Source: Blastocystis sp. Blastoise (Eukaryota; Protista; Bigyra: Opalinata). From it: DNA of 64,000 nucleotides. The notes under the pieces are model-generated. The model saw only the letters and a list, made by a program, of their open reading frames with translations. It was not told the DNA's origin and did not search any database. The stretch is taken from positions 620,001 through 684,000 of the forward strand of contig JBBPEB010000017.1 of assembly GCA_039096225.1 (NCBI GenBank). The letters run 5' to 3'. The translations under genes were made by a program, and so were the position numbers. Positions 14,944 to 29,687 of the stretch are shown piece after piece. How positions within the stretch are numbered: position 1 is the stretch's first letter; each line of letters opens with the position of its first letter.

Positions 14944-15767
14944 ATGGCTGTGTATATATTTTCTTCATATCCAAAGAACTGTTCACTTTTTCTATCTTAT
15001 ATTCAACTTTTTTTCAAAATCTCATCAAAATTCATCAATTACATCTTTTGTTTTTCTCTAGTCCTCAATCTATTGTCTTAAAACAAAAACGTATTGCTGC
15101 TTTAAAGGCTTACAATCAAAAAGCTTCTGAAAAAGCTGCTACTGCTTTAGTTGCTAAGCGTGAAACTATTACTAAGCGTGCTGAAAAGTATGCTAATGAA
15201 TATAAACAAATGGAACGTGATTTAATCAACAAGAGACGTGAAGCTCGTAAACTTGGTGGTTACTTCATTGAACCTGAAGGTAAACTTGCTATTGTTTGTA
15301 GAATTCGTGGTGTTAACCAAACTCATCCTAAAGTCCGTAAGATTCTTCAACTTTTCCGTCTTCGTCAAATTCATAACGCTTGTTTTGTTAAACTTAACAA
15401 GGCTACTATTGAAATGCTTCGTATTGTTGAACCTTATATTATGTATGGTTATCCTAATCTTAAGACTGTCAAAGCTCTTATTTATAAGAGAGGTTATGCT
15501 AAAGTTAATGGTCAAAGAATTCCTCTTTCTAGTAATGATGTTATTGAACAAGTTCTTGGTAAATTTGGTATTACTTGTATTGAAGATTTAATACATGAAA
15601 TCTATACTGTTGGTCCTCACTTTAAACAAGCTAATAATTTTATTTGGACATTTAAATTAAATAGTCCTTCTGGTGGTTATACTCATAAACTTCGTCATTT
15701 TAATGAAAATGGTGAATATGGTAATCGTGAATATCTTATTGGTGGTATCATTAATAGAATGATCTAA
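14944..15767 (+). CDS. RPL7: 60S ribosomal protein L7 (uL30)
   Basis: Exon 1 ATGGCTGT (14944-14951), intron 14952-15061, exon 2 with [32 protein letters not shown] and [22 protein letters not shown]. Confidence 0.97.
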
Positions 15768-16124
15768 AGAGAAATAGATCTATAAAATATTGAATTTATA
15801 TATTTTATATATGTATATTCTCTTTTAATTCTTCGTTTAGTTTTGTGTATATATGTATTCTTTATTATTGTTTTGCTGAATTTTATTCTTTATTTTTTAT
15901 TTGTAATTTCTTTTTTAAATATATAATATATTAACAAGAATAAAATACATAAATGACATAAAAAGTTTATCATTCATTTATTTATGGTTTTCAATTCATT
16001 GTTTGTTGCACTAATTGTGGTATATTAATAAATATATTAATGTTAAATATATGAAAGCAAACGAAAATTATTTTAAAACCAATTATTAGGATTACTTGAG
16101 AAAAGATGATTCTAAATATAAAAA

Positions 16125-16422
16125 CTAGGGAAGTCTTGCTTTTCTTGTTTTTTCTAAAGCTTCTACTATATTATATTCTTTAATTGAACCTTGTTGAATT
16201 CCACAAGATAAAGAATAGAGACGGAACATTGTTAATTGTAAATGAAGTTCTTCTGGCTATATATATATATTATTATTATATATATAGAATTAAAAAGGTT
16301 ATTAAGAAATTAAATGGACATATATATATATAGAAGAATAATAATTATGAATATATATATATACAGTAAATTGTTGATGTTGTCTGATCTGTACAAATCG
16401 ATCTTGAATCTCATTGATTAAC

Positions 16423-16453
<31 letters not shown>

Positions 16454-17882
16454 TTAAGAATATATGAAAACGATGATAAAACTATAATATAAAATAAAAT
16501 AATTATATACAGAATCATCATTCATTGAGAATTGTAATTGTTTAATTATACATATATATTGACGTATCGCTTGTATATCAGACTCTTGTAGGAATGATGA
16601 TAATTTTAAATATTTTGTAGAATTCAATGGACTATCAGAGGGAATATGAGGAAGAGGAATCTATATAGGTATATATATAATTTATTTATTATTATATTTA
16701 TTTTATTATTCTATTATTATTTATAATATTCTATTATTATCATATATATATTATAATAATAAAATATATATAAAAACCCAATTATAACACTTTATATAAT
16801 ATTAAAATTAAATAACTATATATATTTACAGAAGTAAGTTTTGATTGTTTTTGAGAAAGAATACAAATAGGAATATAATGTTCGAAGGGTTTTGTGAAAT
16901 ATTTAAAATCATATTCCAATTGATTATGATCAATAAGCATATTTAGTATACCACAAAGTGAAGGAATATGTATACTATAATGATAATATATATATATATA
17001 GAATTATTTAATAATAAGAAAATATTAATATTGTTTATTGTAAGATGAAGAAAATATATGTATTAATAATAATATAATTATTATTATAATAATCATAATC
17101 AATATATTATATATATATATATATACAATGAGTCATCTTGTTCTTGTAGAATAAGATTAGTATTATTACATAATTGTAATAATCCTTTTTGAAGTCTATT
17201 TGTTGTATGATCTTTAATAGATATATAATGAGAAAGAGGTCGGTCAGGAAGAAGAGGAAGATAAACACTAGATGTCATCAACTCACTTGATAACTAGAGA
17301 TTAATGGATATATATATTGATATATATATATATATTTAGTATGCATTATTTGAGTATTTATATATATTATATTATATATTTTAAGAAAGAACGAAAGATG
17401 ATAAGACTAGTATGAATAATATATATATAAATATATATATATATATAATTTAAAATAATGATAATAATAATAATATATACATATTGAACAGCTTGACATA
17501 GTTCTTCATCTGCATTATATATATTAAGAGGAAAAGAGAAAAAGAGGGTATTTGGAGGAGATATATCAGCATGACTAATCAGATGCAATAAGAAATATTC
17601 AGCCATCAAATTATCACCTAAAATAGCATTTATTATAATTTGAAAGATTTGATAATAATGGAGAAACAGTAAATAAAAAATATATATACTAACTGTATAA
17701 TAATAATTATTATTATTATAGAATTAAATACCTCTAAAGAATTCCGTAAATAATTTAATAATATTACTTCTTAGAATTGTAATAGGATTCTTTTGTTGAA
17801 ACTGAAATAATTGTTCAGAACCGTACTGATGTTCACTGGATAATGCTATATATAGATTAAAGAATATTCATTATTTTCATTA

Positions 17883-17925
<43 letters not shown>

Positions 17926-19688
17926 CATATTGGAGTATGAGGTATTGTCTTATAAGTATATGGATAATAAATAGATTGATGGAAATATGTAAGTACATGA
18001 ATATCAGGGGTTAAGTGAGTAATTGAAGAAGTCTCTATATATTAATATAAATATAAATATAAATATAAATATAATAATCATAACAATCATAATAATCATA
18101 ATAATATTATAAATATAAATATTATAATCATAATAATCCAATAAATATAATAATATACATCTATACCTTCTTCTTCTAATCCATAGTTATCTTCTGTTAA
18201 TGTATATATACCTATAACTTCTATAATATCATTAATATGTATATCTTCATTTCCATCATAAAACTATATATATATATAACATATATAGTAAGATATCTCA
18301 ATTATATATATATATAATATATATATATATAACATATAAATCAAATATATAGCTAAACATTAAAAATTAACTACATATATATATATATATACCCTTGCAA
18401 GAACAGGGAAAGACGAGGGTTTGGCGGGACGAGATGGCGGGACAGTAAAAGAAGTATCCTGACCAGGAATAGTATTCTTATTATTTACATTTTCATTGGT
18501 TGAAATAGGATTCAATTGATTTTGATTGGTAGCTACAGTATCTTTATCAACTTCAATTTCCATAGAATATTCTTCTAAATATATATATATATATATATAT
18601 ATAGAAGAAGAAGAAGAATAAAAAGGGTATAGAACATAGTAAATATAATTAAAATATCAGTATAATATATATATATACGAAGTGATTTCTTAATATCTAC
18701 ATCTTCAGAGACCATAGATCGTTTATTCTTATTCACTGTATTAGAAGGAACTATATAATATACATATATATATATATCATTATTATATTACTATCATCAA
18801 TTCATAACCATAATAAAATAATAATTTGTATTTATAATCTTTATTCTTAATAATAATAATTATTATTATTATATATATATACCTTGTCTTTTAATCCAAT
18901 CAAGTGAATCATATTGTTTCGATAGCCAATTATTTTCACCAGGTACAGGCTCAAGAACAAGTGTATCTCTATATAGTTATATATACATTATATGTTAGTA
19001 TTGTATATATATAAATAAACATATATATAAACAATTATATATATAAATAATTATATATATAAACAATTATATATATATATAAACAATTATATATATATAA
19101 ATAAATATATATAAGAAAAACTATTTCAAGCAAAAGTAATATAAATAAAAAAATAATATACATAGATAACAAAAATAACATATAAAAATATGTATTTATA
19201 ATATAAACAATATATATAAAAGAAGAAGAATAAGAATCCATAAAATACCTTCCACCCATAAGACAATGTTCAAAAGATAAATCACTTTCAAATCCAAAAA
19301 AAGAGGGAAGTGTATCACGATATTTTCCTGTTCGAACTACTTTTTCATTGGTTTTCATGTTCGTATCATAATAAGCTCTGCAATAAATGTCTTGATTACG
19401 AATATCACTTACTTGACCTCTAAATCTTATAAGACTGTTTATAGGAATCTTTGAAGCATTGAATTTGTTTTCGTCCAACGAAGGAATTAATTGATAGAGT
19501 TCTGGATTATTAACATAAACATTAATCATATTTTGAATACCCCAATCACCTTCTGGAACAGTTCCATTATTTGATTTGCAAGCATTCTCAAACATAGAAT
19601 TCAAATAATCTATATAATTTGATTTTTTAAATAGTCTGATTTTTAAAATACCATATGGAGAACTTATAATAGGTATGAACTGCTGCAT
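16125..19688 (-). CDS. MCMBP: Mini-chromosome maintenance complex-binding protein
   Basis: NSLIRFRGQVSD, PVPGENNW, INDIIEVIGIY, GDNLMAEYFLLHL, RLQKGLLQL, YDFKYF and a C-terminal LHLQLTMFRLYSLSCG...LEKTRKARLP*. About 12 exons spliced by hand. Confidence 0.88.
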
Positions 19689-20335
19689 TGAATTTGTATG
19701 AAGAAATAATGACTCTGAAAAAATTTGATAAAATTAAATCGAAAATTTCCAAAAGAAATTTGCTAAGAACAACTGTTTACTTTTTTCATTTGGTCACAAT
19801 AGTTTGGTTTTTCCTTTTTACTTAATAGTATTAATATTATAAAAACATATTTTAAGATTATATATATGTACTTTATAAGAATATATGAATATAATGAAAG
19901 AAAGATAGATTGTAAAACACGATTTGTCAATGGAATCACTTAAAGATTATTTCAAATTGTGATTCTTATTGTAAATGTCTGTGGACATTCTTTTTATATA
20001 CAAAATAAGTATGAAATCCTTTGTTTTATTTTTATTGCTGAAACTCGCATCTCTCAAACAAAAAAGAATATTCTATTCTTTTGGAAATCATTCAGAGATA
20101 TCTATATTTATTATACAAATAATACATTTGATTAAATAAATGCAAAAAAGAGACATTAAAAAAAATACACCTTTTATGAAAAAATAGAATTTCACAGTAA
20201 TTTTGTTTAAAAAACATGGGGATTACAAACTCGATTTTATAAAATTTTCTCTGGCTGTAGAGAACTGGGTCAATAAAAAACCAAAATAAAAAGCCAAATA
20301 ATATTCATTTGTTGTTTTCTAGATATATATTGAAT

Positions 20336-23300
20336 ATGGAAACTCAAGGTCCTTTTGATGAAATTAGAAAACATGCTGGAAGTTCTAGTGCTCCTAAAGC
20401 TAAGGTGAATGCTACATTAGAAGTTATTACTTCTGCTATTCGTACTCAACATAATGATCAGAACTATGAGCCTACACCTGTAGAGTATTTTGCTGCTATT
20501 ATGTCTGCATTAGGAAATGATACAACTCATTTTACTGAAGTATTTTTCATTTTATTGCAATTTTTATAGTTATATAATGATGTTTATCTATATAGTTATT
20601 CTTTTTGTTGCATACTATTCTTCCTTATTTAAGTATCAACGTAAAAAGATCAAAATGTGTTGAAACTTTAGAATTTTTAATATCTATTGGCAAGAACAAT
20701 CTTGATAAAATTGATCATAGTGCTTCTCGTTCTCTTATTGAAGTTTTTAGTAGTATTTTATTAGATCAAGAAATTACAGATATTGTCTGGACAAATAAAA
20801 CTATCCAAAAGACATTTACTATTTTATTGAATTATTGTATTGATGACAACGGAAAGAATAGACGTTGTGCTCAAGATGGAATAAAAGAATTATTAAAATC
20901 ACAAGAAACAATTCATTATCATGCTTGTTGGACACATGTTGTGAATTATGCATGTAATTTATTTACGGATGTCGATAATAAAACAATTACTTCTGTATTA
21001 CAATTCTTATCCTATTTATATCAAATTATTGATACTATTCCTGAAGAATTAGTGGCTAAAATGTTAGAATCACTTTTACAGGTATATATATAGATTATTT
21101 AATTGCTTTTTATTATTTTTTATGTTTTTGTCAATTTGTATTGTTTGTATTATTTTTGTATTTATTTCGATTTCTATTGCTATATGTTTTAATGTTTTTC
21201 AATTTCTATACTTTTTTATATTATTTCAATTGTTTTTTTAATATTTTTTTAATATTATTATTTCAATTTATATACTTTTTTAATTTTTATATTTTTCTCA
21301 ATATATATATATAGACTCGTCAATATGATTTTGCCTTATTAGATCAATGCTGTATTCGTCCTATATCTAAATTATTAGATTCTACAGTTGTTATTCCCGC
21401 GGATATTCTTAGTAAATTACATACTGTATTATTACAATATCAATCGAATATTGATAATGAAGAAGCTGTTATTCAGTATATATATATTTTATTTTATAAT
21501 ATATATTAGAATTATATAGTATCATAAATATAAAATCATTTATTATTATTATATATACATAGATATAATATTTAATTAATATTATTATATATATAGATAT
21601 ATACAATGTATTATGAAATGTATAAAACGTGCTTTCCCCGTGATTCCTGCCGGTACTCCCGCGGGAATAGTGCCTGTAGATATATCTATTGAAGATGATT
21701 TAAAGGTTATATTTGATTATTATATGTGTAGTAATACTAATATACATAATAGTATTCAAATTACATTAAGTAATTTATTCAATTTTATGAAGAATTATGT
21801 ATATATTTATATATATATATATATATCATATTATTATAGTTTATAATAATGGTCATAAATATTTATTTATATTTTTTAATAATAAAGTTATAGTTTATAA
21901 TAATATATATTCTATATTTATTTTTTATATTTCTTATGATTATGATTCTATATATATATAGTTAGTATCTCCTAATACAGTAACTAGTATTCTCTCTATA
22001 TATATGAAAGCATTTGAATTTAAATATCAACACGCATGGATTTCTATTATAAAGTCATTTACTACCTTTTTAGCTGTTGGCGGTAAAACAAGCGCGCCAT
22101 TATTTTATGATTCTCTTCGTGAATTAGAAGGTATCTATGAAAATAGTATTCAAGGAGATTCAAAGTATATATATATGCTATTTATTATTATTAGTATCAT
22201 ATATATATATTTATTATTATTGTTTTTATTAAAATATTTTCTTTAGATTTGTAGATTGTATATATATCTGTTTTGGTGAAGCTGTAGAAGCGATGGGATT
22301 AGAACATTTCCTAACAGCCCTTCCTCTTGTTGTATTTATACTCTTATTATATGTTTATATGTTTATATGTTTATATTTATTCTATTATTATATTATTCTA
22401 TTATTAAATTATTCTATTATTATATTATTATATTATTATATTATTATATTATTATATTATTATATTATTATATTATTCTATTATTCTATTATTATATTAT
22501 TCTATTATTCTATTATTCTATTATTCTATTATTCTATTATAATATTATTATATTATTCTATTATTATATTATTATATTATTATATTATTATATTATTATA
22601 TTTTTCTATTATTCTATTATTATATTATTCTATTATTCTATTATTCTATTATTCTATTATTCTATTATTCTATTATTATATTAATATATTATTCTATTAT
22701 ATGACTCTATATAGGAAACAAAAGATAGTGTACCTAGTATTCAACGATATTTCCTGATGGAGATCTTAAAACATCATGTGAAACATACCAACTCTAGTCT
22801 TGCTTATTACTTTGATAAGTATAAATTATATTAATCGTATTAATATATAATATTAATAACAATAATATATAATATTAATAATATTAAACATAATAATAAT
22901 CATATAATAATATTATTATTACTAATAATATATAGTCTTCTTCCTATTGCAACTAAATGTTTGTCTCTTTCTTCTTCTACAAAGAATAATATAGATATAT
23001 TAAGATATAATCAAATAATAGATGATATATGGTCTTTATTCCCTTCTGTATGTATATCTCCAATTGATGTATTAGAAACATTCCCACGTGTTGCTAAATC
23101 ATTGGCTGCTGCTTTAACGGAAACAAAGATGAAGAATGTACCTATATATGTATGTAAAGGATTATTAGTATTAATTAAAATGAATCAAAAAGTCTTAGAT
23201 ATGGGTAAAGAGAAGAAAGTGATTATTAAGAATGAATTAAAAGAAGAAGATAAAGAAGAAGAAGAGGATGATGATGATGATGAAAATACTATTGGAATGA

Positions 23301-25705
23301 AGAATAAGAAAGGAATGAATAATAATAATAATAATAATAATCAAGAAAAAGATGATGATAATGAAGTTGATCATGTATATTATTATGTTTACTATTGTTA
23401 TATTTATTACTAATAATTATAATACTAATTATAACATATATATATAGTATCCTTTCTTAGATATCTTATCTATAACTCGTGCTATTCGTCCTACAAATGA
23501 AATGTCGAAACAAATATTATCTATGATGTCTGCATTTGCTGATAATTATATATCTATTTTATTCCCTATTTATGAACATTCCCACGGTAAATTCCCTACT
23601 AAGAAATCTATTACTTTAGATGGTATAGGTGAAGGAGGGAATATAGAAAATGTCAATATATTAAGAGGAACAATAGAAGGATTTATGAGTTTATGTACTA
23701 AGGAATCTATACATACTTATACTACTACTATATTAAAATCATTATTAACTTTATTAAATACGAATAGTAATAATAATAATAATAATAAAGAAGATTTAAG
23801 TATATTTATTAAAATTTTTATTTATTAGTTTTAAATGATTTAACATTTATTTTATTCAATTATATTATATATATATTATATCTATTATAGGTACTATATC
23901 TCAATGTTTAATATATTCTGGTCTTTTGTCAACAGTGATTCCTTTTGTTAATGAACAAGGTATATATATATATTATTTAAAATATCAAATAGTTTATAAT
24001 AATAATAATATATATTATATATATATATAGATCTTTCCATTATATATCGTTGTTTGAAGGCTCAATTTTCTCAAGATAATTTCCCTGCTTTACAAAAACG
24101 CATATATTATTGTTTCTTATATATATGTAAATATCATTCTTCATTTTTATTAAATGAACAGAATTATAAAGATGTTTTTGAATTATTAATAAATACATTA
24201 CTTACTGTTAGTGTTAATAGCAAGAAATATAGACTTCGGTATATATAATGTATTATTATTGTTATTATTATTATATTATATTATATTATGTTTTGCTTTT
24301 ATGTTATATTATATTAAGTATATTATATTAAGTATATTATGTTATATTATATTATATTATATTATATTAAGTATATTAAGTATATTACATTATATTATAT
24401 TATTCTCAAAGTTTTCATTAATTACCAACATAATCATAATCATAATCATATATATATATATATATATATATAGTTGTATGTACTTCTTATTTTTGGATTT
24501 CCCCGTATCATCTTCATTACATCTCTCTCTTATTCCTCATGTATTACCTGAAATCATATTATGTACAAAGGATAGTAATAAGAAAATACGTGATTTAGCT
24601 TATGATATTACTATATATATTGGGTATATTATGGATCAAAAACAAGGTGCTATTATTTTAGATAATGGTCAACAATGTATATATATATATATATATATTA
24701 TTATTATATATTTATCTTCTTTTTTATATTTATTATATCTATTTATAATAATAATAATAACAATATATATTCTATATATATAGTTGCTGTATCTTTAAGT
24801 GAATATTATAAGATATTAATAGGTTGTATTACTGCTACTTCTCCTCATCTTCAATCTGCTACTATTCAAGTATTAACAAGAATTATATATGCATATAAAG
24901 ATAAAGAAGAAACAAAAACTAATTTACAGAATATTATGCATGTAGTTTATGAATTGATGAAACAGAAGAATCGTGAAGTTGTTAAGAGTTGTTTAGGATT
25001 TGTACGAACATGCGTTAAGATCTTAACGGCTGAAGAATTACAAATAGAAATACAAGATATGTGTAACGCATTATTAATATGGAGTAAAGATACGAAGAAT
25101 AGATTTAGACTTAAGGTATATTTATTATATATTTATTTTATATGTATTATATTTATTTTATATTTATTATATATATTGTTATGTATTTATTATATATTTA
25201 TTATATATTTATTATATATTTATTATATATTTATTATATATTTATTATATATTTATTATATATTTATTATATATTTATTATATATTTATTATATATATAT
25301 AGGTACGTCAGATAATAGAGCGTATATATAAGAAAGTCGGTGGTGATATATTAAAACCTTGTATTCCTCAATCCGATGAATCTCTATATAATTATATTGA
25401 AAAGGAAATGAAAAAGAGTAAAACTAAAAAGGTATATATATATTTTTTTAAAATTAAGATATATATATATTCTATATATATTTATGTTATATATTCATTA
25501 GATTCTTTTTATTACATTATTATTATTTTTAGTATTAATAATATAATATAATATAATATAATATAATATAATATAATATAATATAATATAATATAATATA
25601 ATATAATATAATATAATATAATATAATATAATATAATATAATATAATATAATATAATATAATATAATATAATATAATATAATATAATATAATATAATATA
25701 ATATA

Positions 25706-25754
<49 letters not shown>

Positions 25755-26693
25755 GCGTTCTCAAGAAGATGAAGATGATGATGATGATGATGATGATGAA
25801 TCATATATTAGTAATCAGCGTAAACAGACAAATCTGAATAATAAGAAGAATCGATATATAAATGATAAGGGTATAGTTGATTTAATGGATAGAAATAATA
25901 CTTCAAAGAATATTACTACACGTAAAGAAAAGAAAATTAATAATATGGAAGTATATATATATTAGTATATCATTTTCTTTTAAATTATTTGAATTATGAT
26001 ATATATTTAACAAATTACTAAATATATATTCATAGAATAATAATAATAATAATATATATATAGGGTATAAAAATGACAGAACAAGGTAAGATTTTGGTTG
26101 AGATGGATGAAGAAGAAGAAAGAAGACAACAGAATAGAAGAGGAAAGATTATAAAGTCCACTAATGAAGAAGAAAATAGTGATAACGATGAAGATAAGGA
26201 GGATAAACAAAAGAAGACATCTTTTGGTGACTTTAAGAATAAGAATAATAAGAAACCTATTGAAAATGGTCAACGATTCAAATCCAAGAAATCGGGTATA
26301 TATTGTTGTTTTTTTTTATTATTTATTTATTTATTTTTATTACTTTTTTTATTTTATTATTAATTTATTAATTTTTTATCTATTTATTTATTTATTTTAA
26401 ATATTGAATAATAAATATTTTTTTAATAAAACAATACAATCTATTCTCTATTATTTTCTTTATTTTCTATTATTTTCTTTATTTTCTATTCTTTCTACTA
26501 TTATATAGGTGGTGATGTAAAGAGAGGAGGTGTAGACCCCTATGCTTATATACAATTAGATCGTCGTATGTTATCCAAGAAGAAGAAGACTTCGTCAGTA
26601 GGGAACTTTAGTAATATTATTGGTGCTGCTAAGAAAGGAGCTCAAAAAGGACAAAGAGATGCTATTCGTCAACGAAAAGGAGGTAGACATTAA
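20336..26693 (+). CDS. RRP12: Ribosomal RNA processing protein 12 (HEAT-repeat)
   Basis: TPVEYFAA, LPEIILCTKDSNKKIR, REVVKSCLGFV, WSKDTKNRFRLKV and C-terminal FKSKKSGGDVKRGGVDPYAYI. Multi-exon, all GT-AG. Confidence 0.93.
25539..25750. repeat. (ATATA)n pentanucleotide microsatellite followed by (TA)n, in an RRP12 intron
   Basis: Directly visible. Confidence 0.95.
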
Positions 26694-26983
26694 TATATAT
26701 ATATTGATAATTTGAATACTATATTGAATTTGTTATTCATTAAGAATATATCTATTTATAATTCTATTATTTTACATCACTAACTTATATTGTTTTCACC
26801 TTTTATATTATGTGTTTATTTGATTTGTTTGTATTTAAAATAAATGTGATATAAATTTTTGTGCTATTTTTTAATTCTTACTTCTTTTACAACACAAATA
26901 AAAACAACACTGATAATAACAATCAAATGAATTGACCTAAAATAGTCAAAGTGTTTATTCATCCTTAACATGAACAATATTTA

Positions 26984-27298
26984 TTATATCTCGTCATCAT
27001 CATCATCAAAAATATCGGAAGTATCATAAGAAAAAGTACTTGGCTCTTCTACAAAAAGAGAATGGATACTTTTAAATATATTATTTACCTGAAATCTGTT
27101 GACCCTCTCTTCCAGGAATTGTACATGAGCCTATAACAACTAATTAAAGCAAAAATCAGTGCATCTTACCAAAATTATTGTTGGAACTACTGCTACAGGC
27201 AGCTATAAAATATAAAAAATAGGTATAAATCTAAAAATATATTTCATACCGAATGTAAGAACGATAAAAAGAAAAAAGAAAATGAATGATGCTTTCAT
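26984..27298 (-). CDS. Small secreted acidic peptide, 62 aa, 4 exons (absent from the ORF track)
   Basis: Exons 27298-27250, 27202-27170, 27130-27089 and 27048-26984 are joined by three short phase-1 GT-AG introns (47, 39, 40 nt). Product: MKASFIFFFLFIVLTFAACSSSSNNNFGSCTIPGREGQQISEEPSTFSYDTSDIFDDDDDEI*. Confidence 0.75.
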
Positions 27299-27974
27299 AA
27301 TAACCCTATTATACATTGACCAATGTTCCGATATGAAATAAATAATTTACTGCAAAGAATACACTAGAAAAAACACCTATATAATAATAAGCCACAAACA
27401 AATTGGAAACAAATATTTTGGATATCTTCTTTATTTATTAATGTTTAGTCATCAAAGTATTTATAAAAATAGAATTGACCAATATTAATCTGTATTTGTA
27501 ACAAAATATAAAAATAGTTAACACAAAGTCTATGTAACTAACATTTATTATATTTCATATGATTCTCAATGTCTTATATAACTTATTTTTATATAAAATA
27601 ACTATCAATTCGCAATTGAATTGAAAGAATAGAAGAAAAAAAATGCATAAACAACTTTATTCTATTCTAGTTATTAAAAAACAAACATACTTACATTATT
27701 AGCAAACCCATTTATTTTTATCTAGTCCTATCAATGAATAATTATTAAAAAAGAATTGTTTTTAAAAATCATGGAATAATTAAAGTAATAAAGGGAGAAA
27801 TAAATATTTCAAGAACAGTTTCAAAAAAAATAAAATGGGCAGAAAACGAAAAAATTCCGTGATTCATATCGGTTCATTGATGGGAAATAGTCATTCATCA
27901 TTTACCAATACAAAAAAATGAATGAAAGTAATTTTTATTAGTTTTATTGAATATCTACAGAACCAATACAAAAA

Positions 27975-29687
27975 ATGAATTCTCCTTCTGAAAGTACTAT
28001 CAAGAAGATATCTGTTGATATTCTTCCTATTTTACAAATCGTTAAACATGCTCAAGATAACCTTCCTGGATACGTATCAGGTCAACTTCTTGGTTTAGAT
28101 AATAATAATGTTCTTGAAGTTACTTATGCTTACCCTATTCCTTCTGAACCTTCAAATAATAACGTAGGCGAATATGGTCAAACCCTCATTGGTAGTTTAA
28201 GTGAAGTAAGTATTTTATATTCACGATTCTATCGACTATTTTAAAAGAATTAATTGTTTTCATCATTCATGAAAGAATCTACGAGATATTTTTATTTAGG
28301 CTACTTTAATTGATAGTAATAATGTTGGTTGGTATTGTTCTTCTTATTTAAATTCTTTCTGTACTCCTGAATTCATTGAAACTCAATATCAACATCAGAA
28401 ATCACTTGGTAATAATGCATGTGTTATTATTATTGATGCATTTCAAATGTCTCATGGTCATCTTTCTGTTAAAGCTATTCGTCTTTGTGATTCATTTATG
28501 AAAGCTTATGGATATGATAATGAAAAAGGAGTTGAGTATATTTTTTTTTATTGTTAAAAATATGTTTTTTATTGTTAAAAATATGTTTTTTATTGTTATA
28601 ATTATATAAATGTGCTATTTAATTTAAAATAATTATTATTTTATTATCATTATTATATAGTGAAAAATTAACTAAAATGAATAGTGCGGATATATATGAA
28701 GAAATCCCCGTGATTATTAATGTAAATGATATGTCCAAAGCATTATTATATCAAATTATTCATGAATCTTCTTATGATTTTGATTCTATCGATGAAGATA
28801 TGGCTTCTACTTCTTTCCTTGTATATATATATATATATATTAAGTATTGGTATTTTTATATATTATTGTTGTTTTTTTATTGTTATTTTTTTTTTATTGT
28901 TATTTTTTTTTATTGTTATTTTAATTATTACTATATTAATTATTGTTATTATTGCGGATCCAATTTATTATGATATAATATTATTTAAGAATTATATATA
29001 TATTTTTATGTACACTTATTATTCTTTATAATTATTATATATTATAAACATTTATATATATATATATATAGGAAAAGAATTTAGAAGAATTAATTAATAG
29101 CGTTGATACCGTAATAAACGATCGTTTACAATATGTCGGATATGTAAGTAAATTAATGAAACAAAAAGCACTTCAAACTGCTTGGATTAATACTAGAGTA
29201 TATATATGTTATTGTTATTGTTATTTTATGATACTATTATATATATACTTTTTCTCATTTCATGATACTATTATATATATATATATATATATAGAAACAA
29301 GAAAATAAAAAAAGAGAAGAAGAAGGAGTTGAATTATTACCTGAATATGATGCTGAAGATCCCGCTTTTAAAGTAGTCGACATGAGTTCTTCGTATATAT
29401 TATTATTATTATCCAAGATATTATTATTATTATTATTATTATTATTATCTAAGATATTATTATTATTATATCTATATCTATATCTATATCTATATCTATA
29501 TCTATATCTATATCTATATCTATATCTATATCTATATCTATATCTATATCTATATCTATATCTATATAGTACCGTTGAATCTCTTTCTAATTATAATGCT
29601 CTTCGTAATTTCTGTAATAGAATTAATACATTTGCTGACTCATCATTACATTCTATATTATCCGATACAAATAAAAATGATAATTAA
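27975..29687 (+). CDS. EIF3H: Eukaryotic translation initiation factor 3 subunit H (MPN domain)
   Basis: ILQIVKHAQ...GQLLGLD...LEVTYAYP, DSNNVGWY, IETQYQHQ, LSVKAIRL, IYEEIPVII and ENKKREEEGVELLPE. Spliced in frame. Confidence 0.92.
29469..29567. repeat. (TATCTA)n hexanucleotide microsatellite in an eIF3h intron
   Basis: Directly visible. Confidence 0.95.

Noticed and set aside
15222-15591. Alternative-frame and antisense ORFs over RPL7
   Set aside because: Shadow ORFs produced by strong codon bias.
22293-22757. Long hydrophobic I/Y/L/F ORFs (also 25498-25804, 46341-46598, 54600-54842, 58709-59028, 61953-62291)
   Set aside because: They are translations of microsatellites, mostly intronic or antisense to coding AAT runs; they are not independent genes.
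23447-23460. GTATCCTTT, a U12-type donor-like sequence
   Set aside because: It overlaps a normal AG acceptor and the start of an in-frame RRP12 exon; no minor intron is needed.
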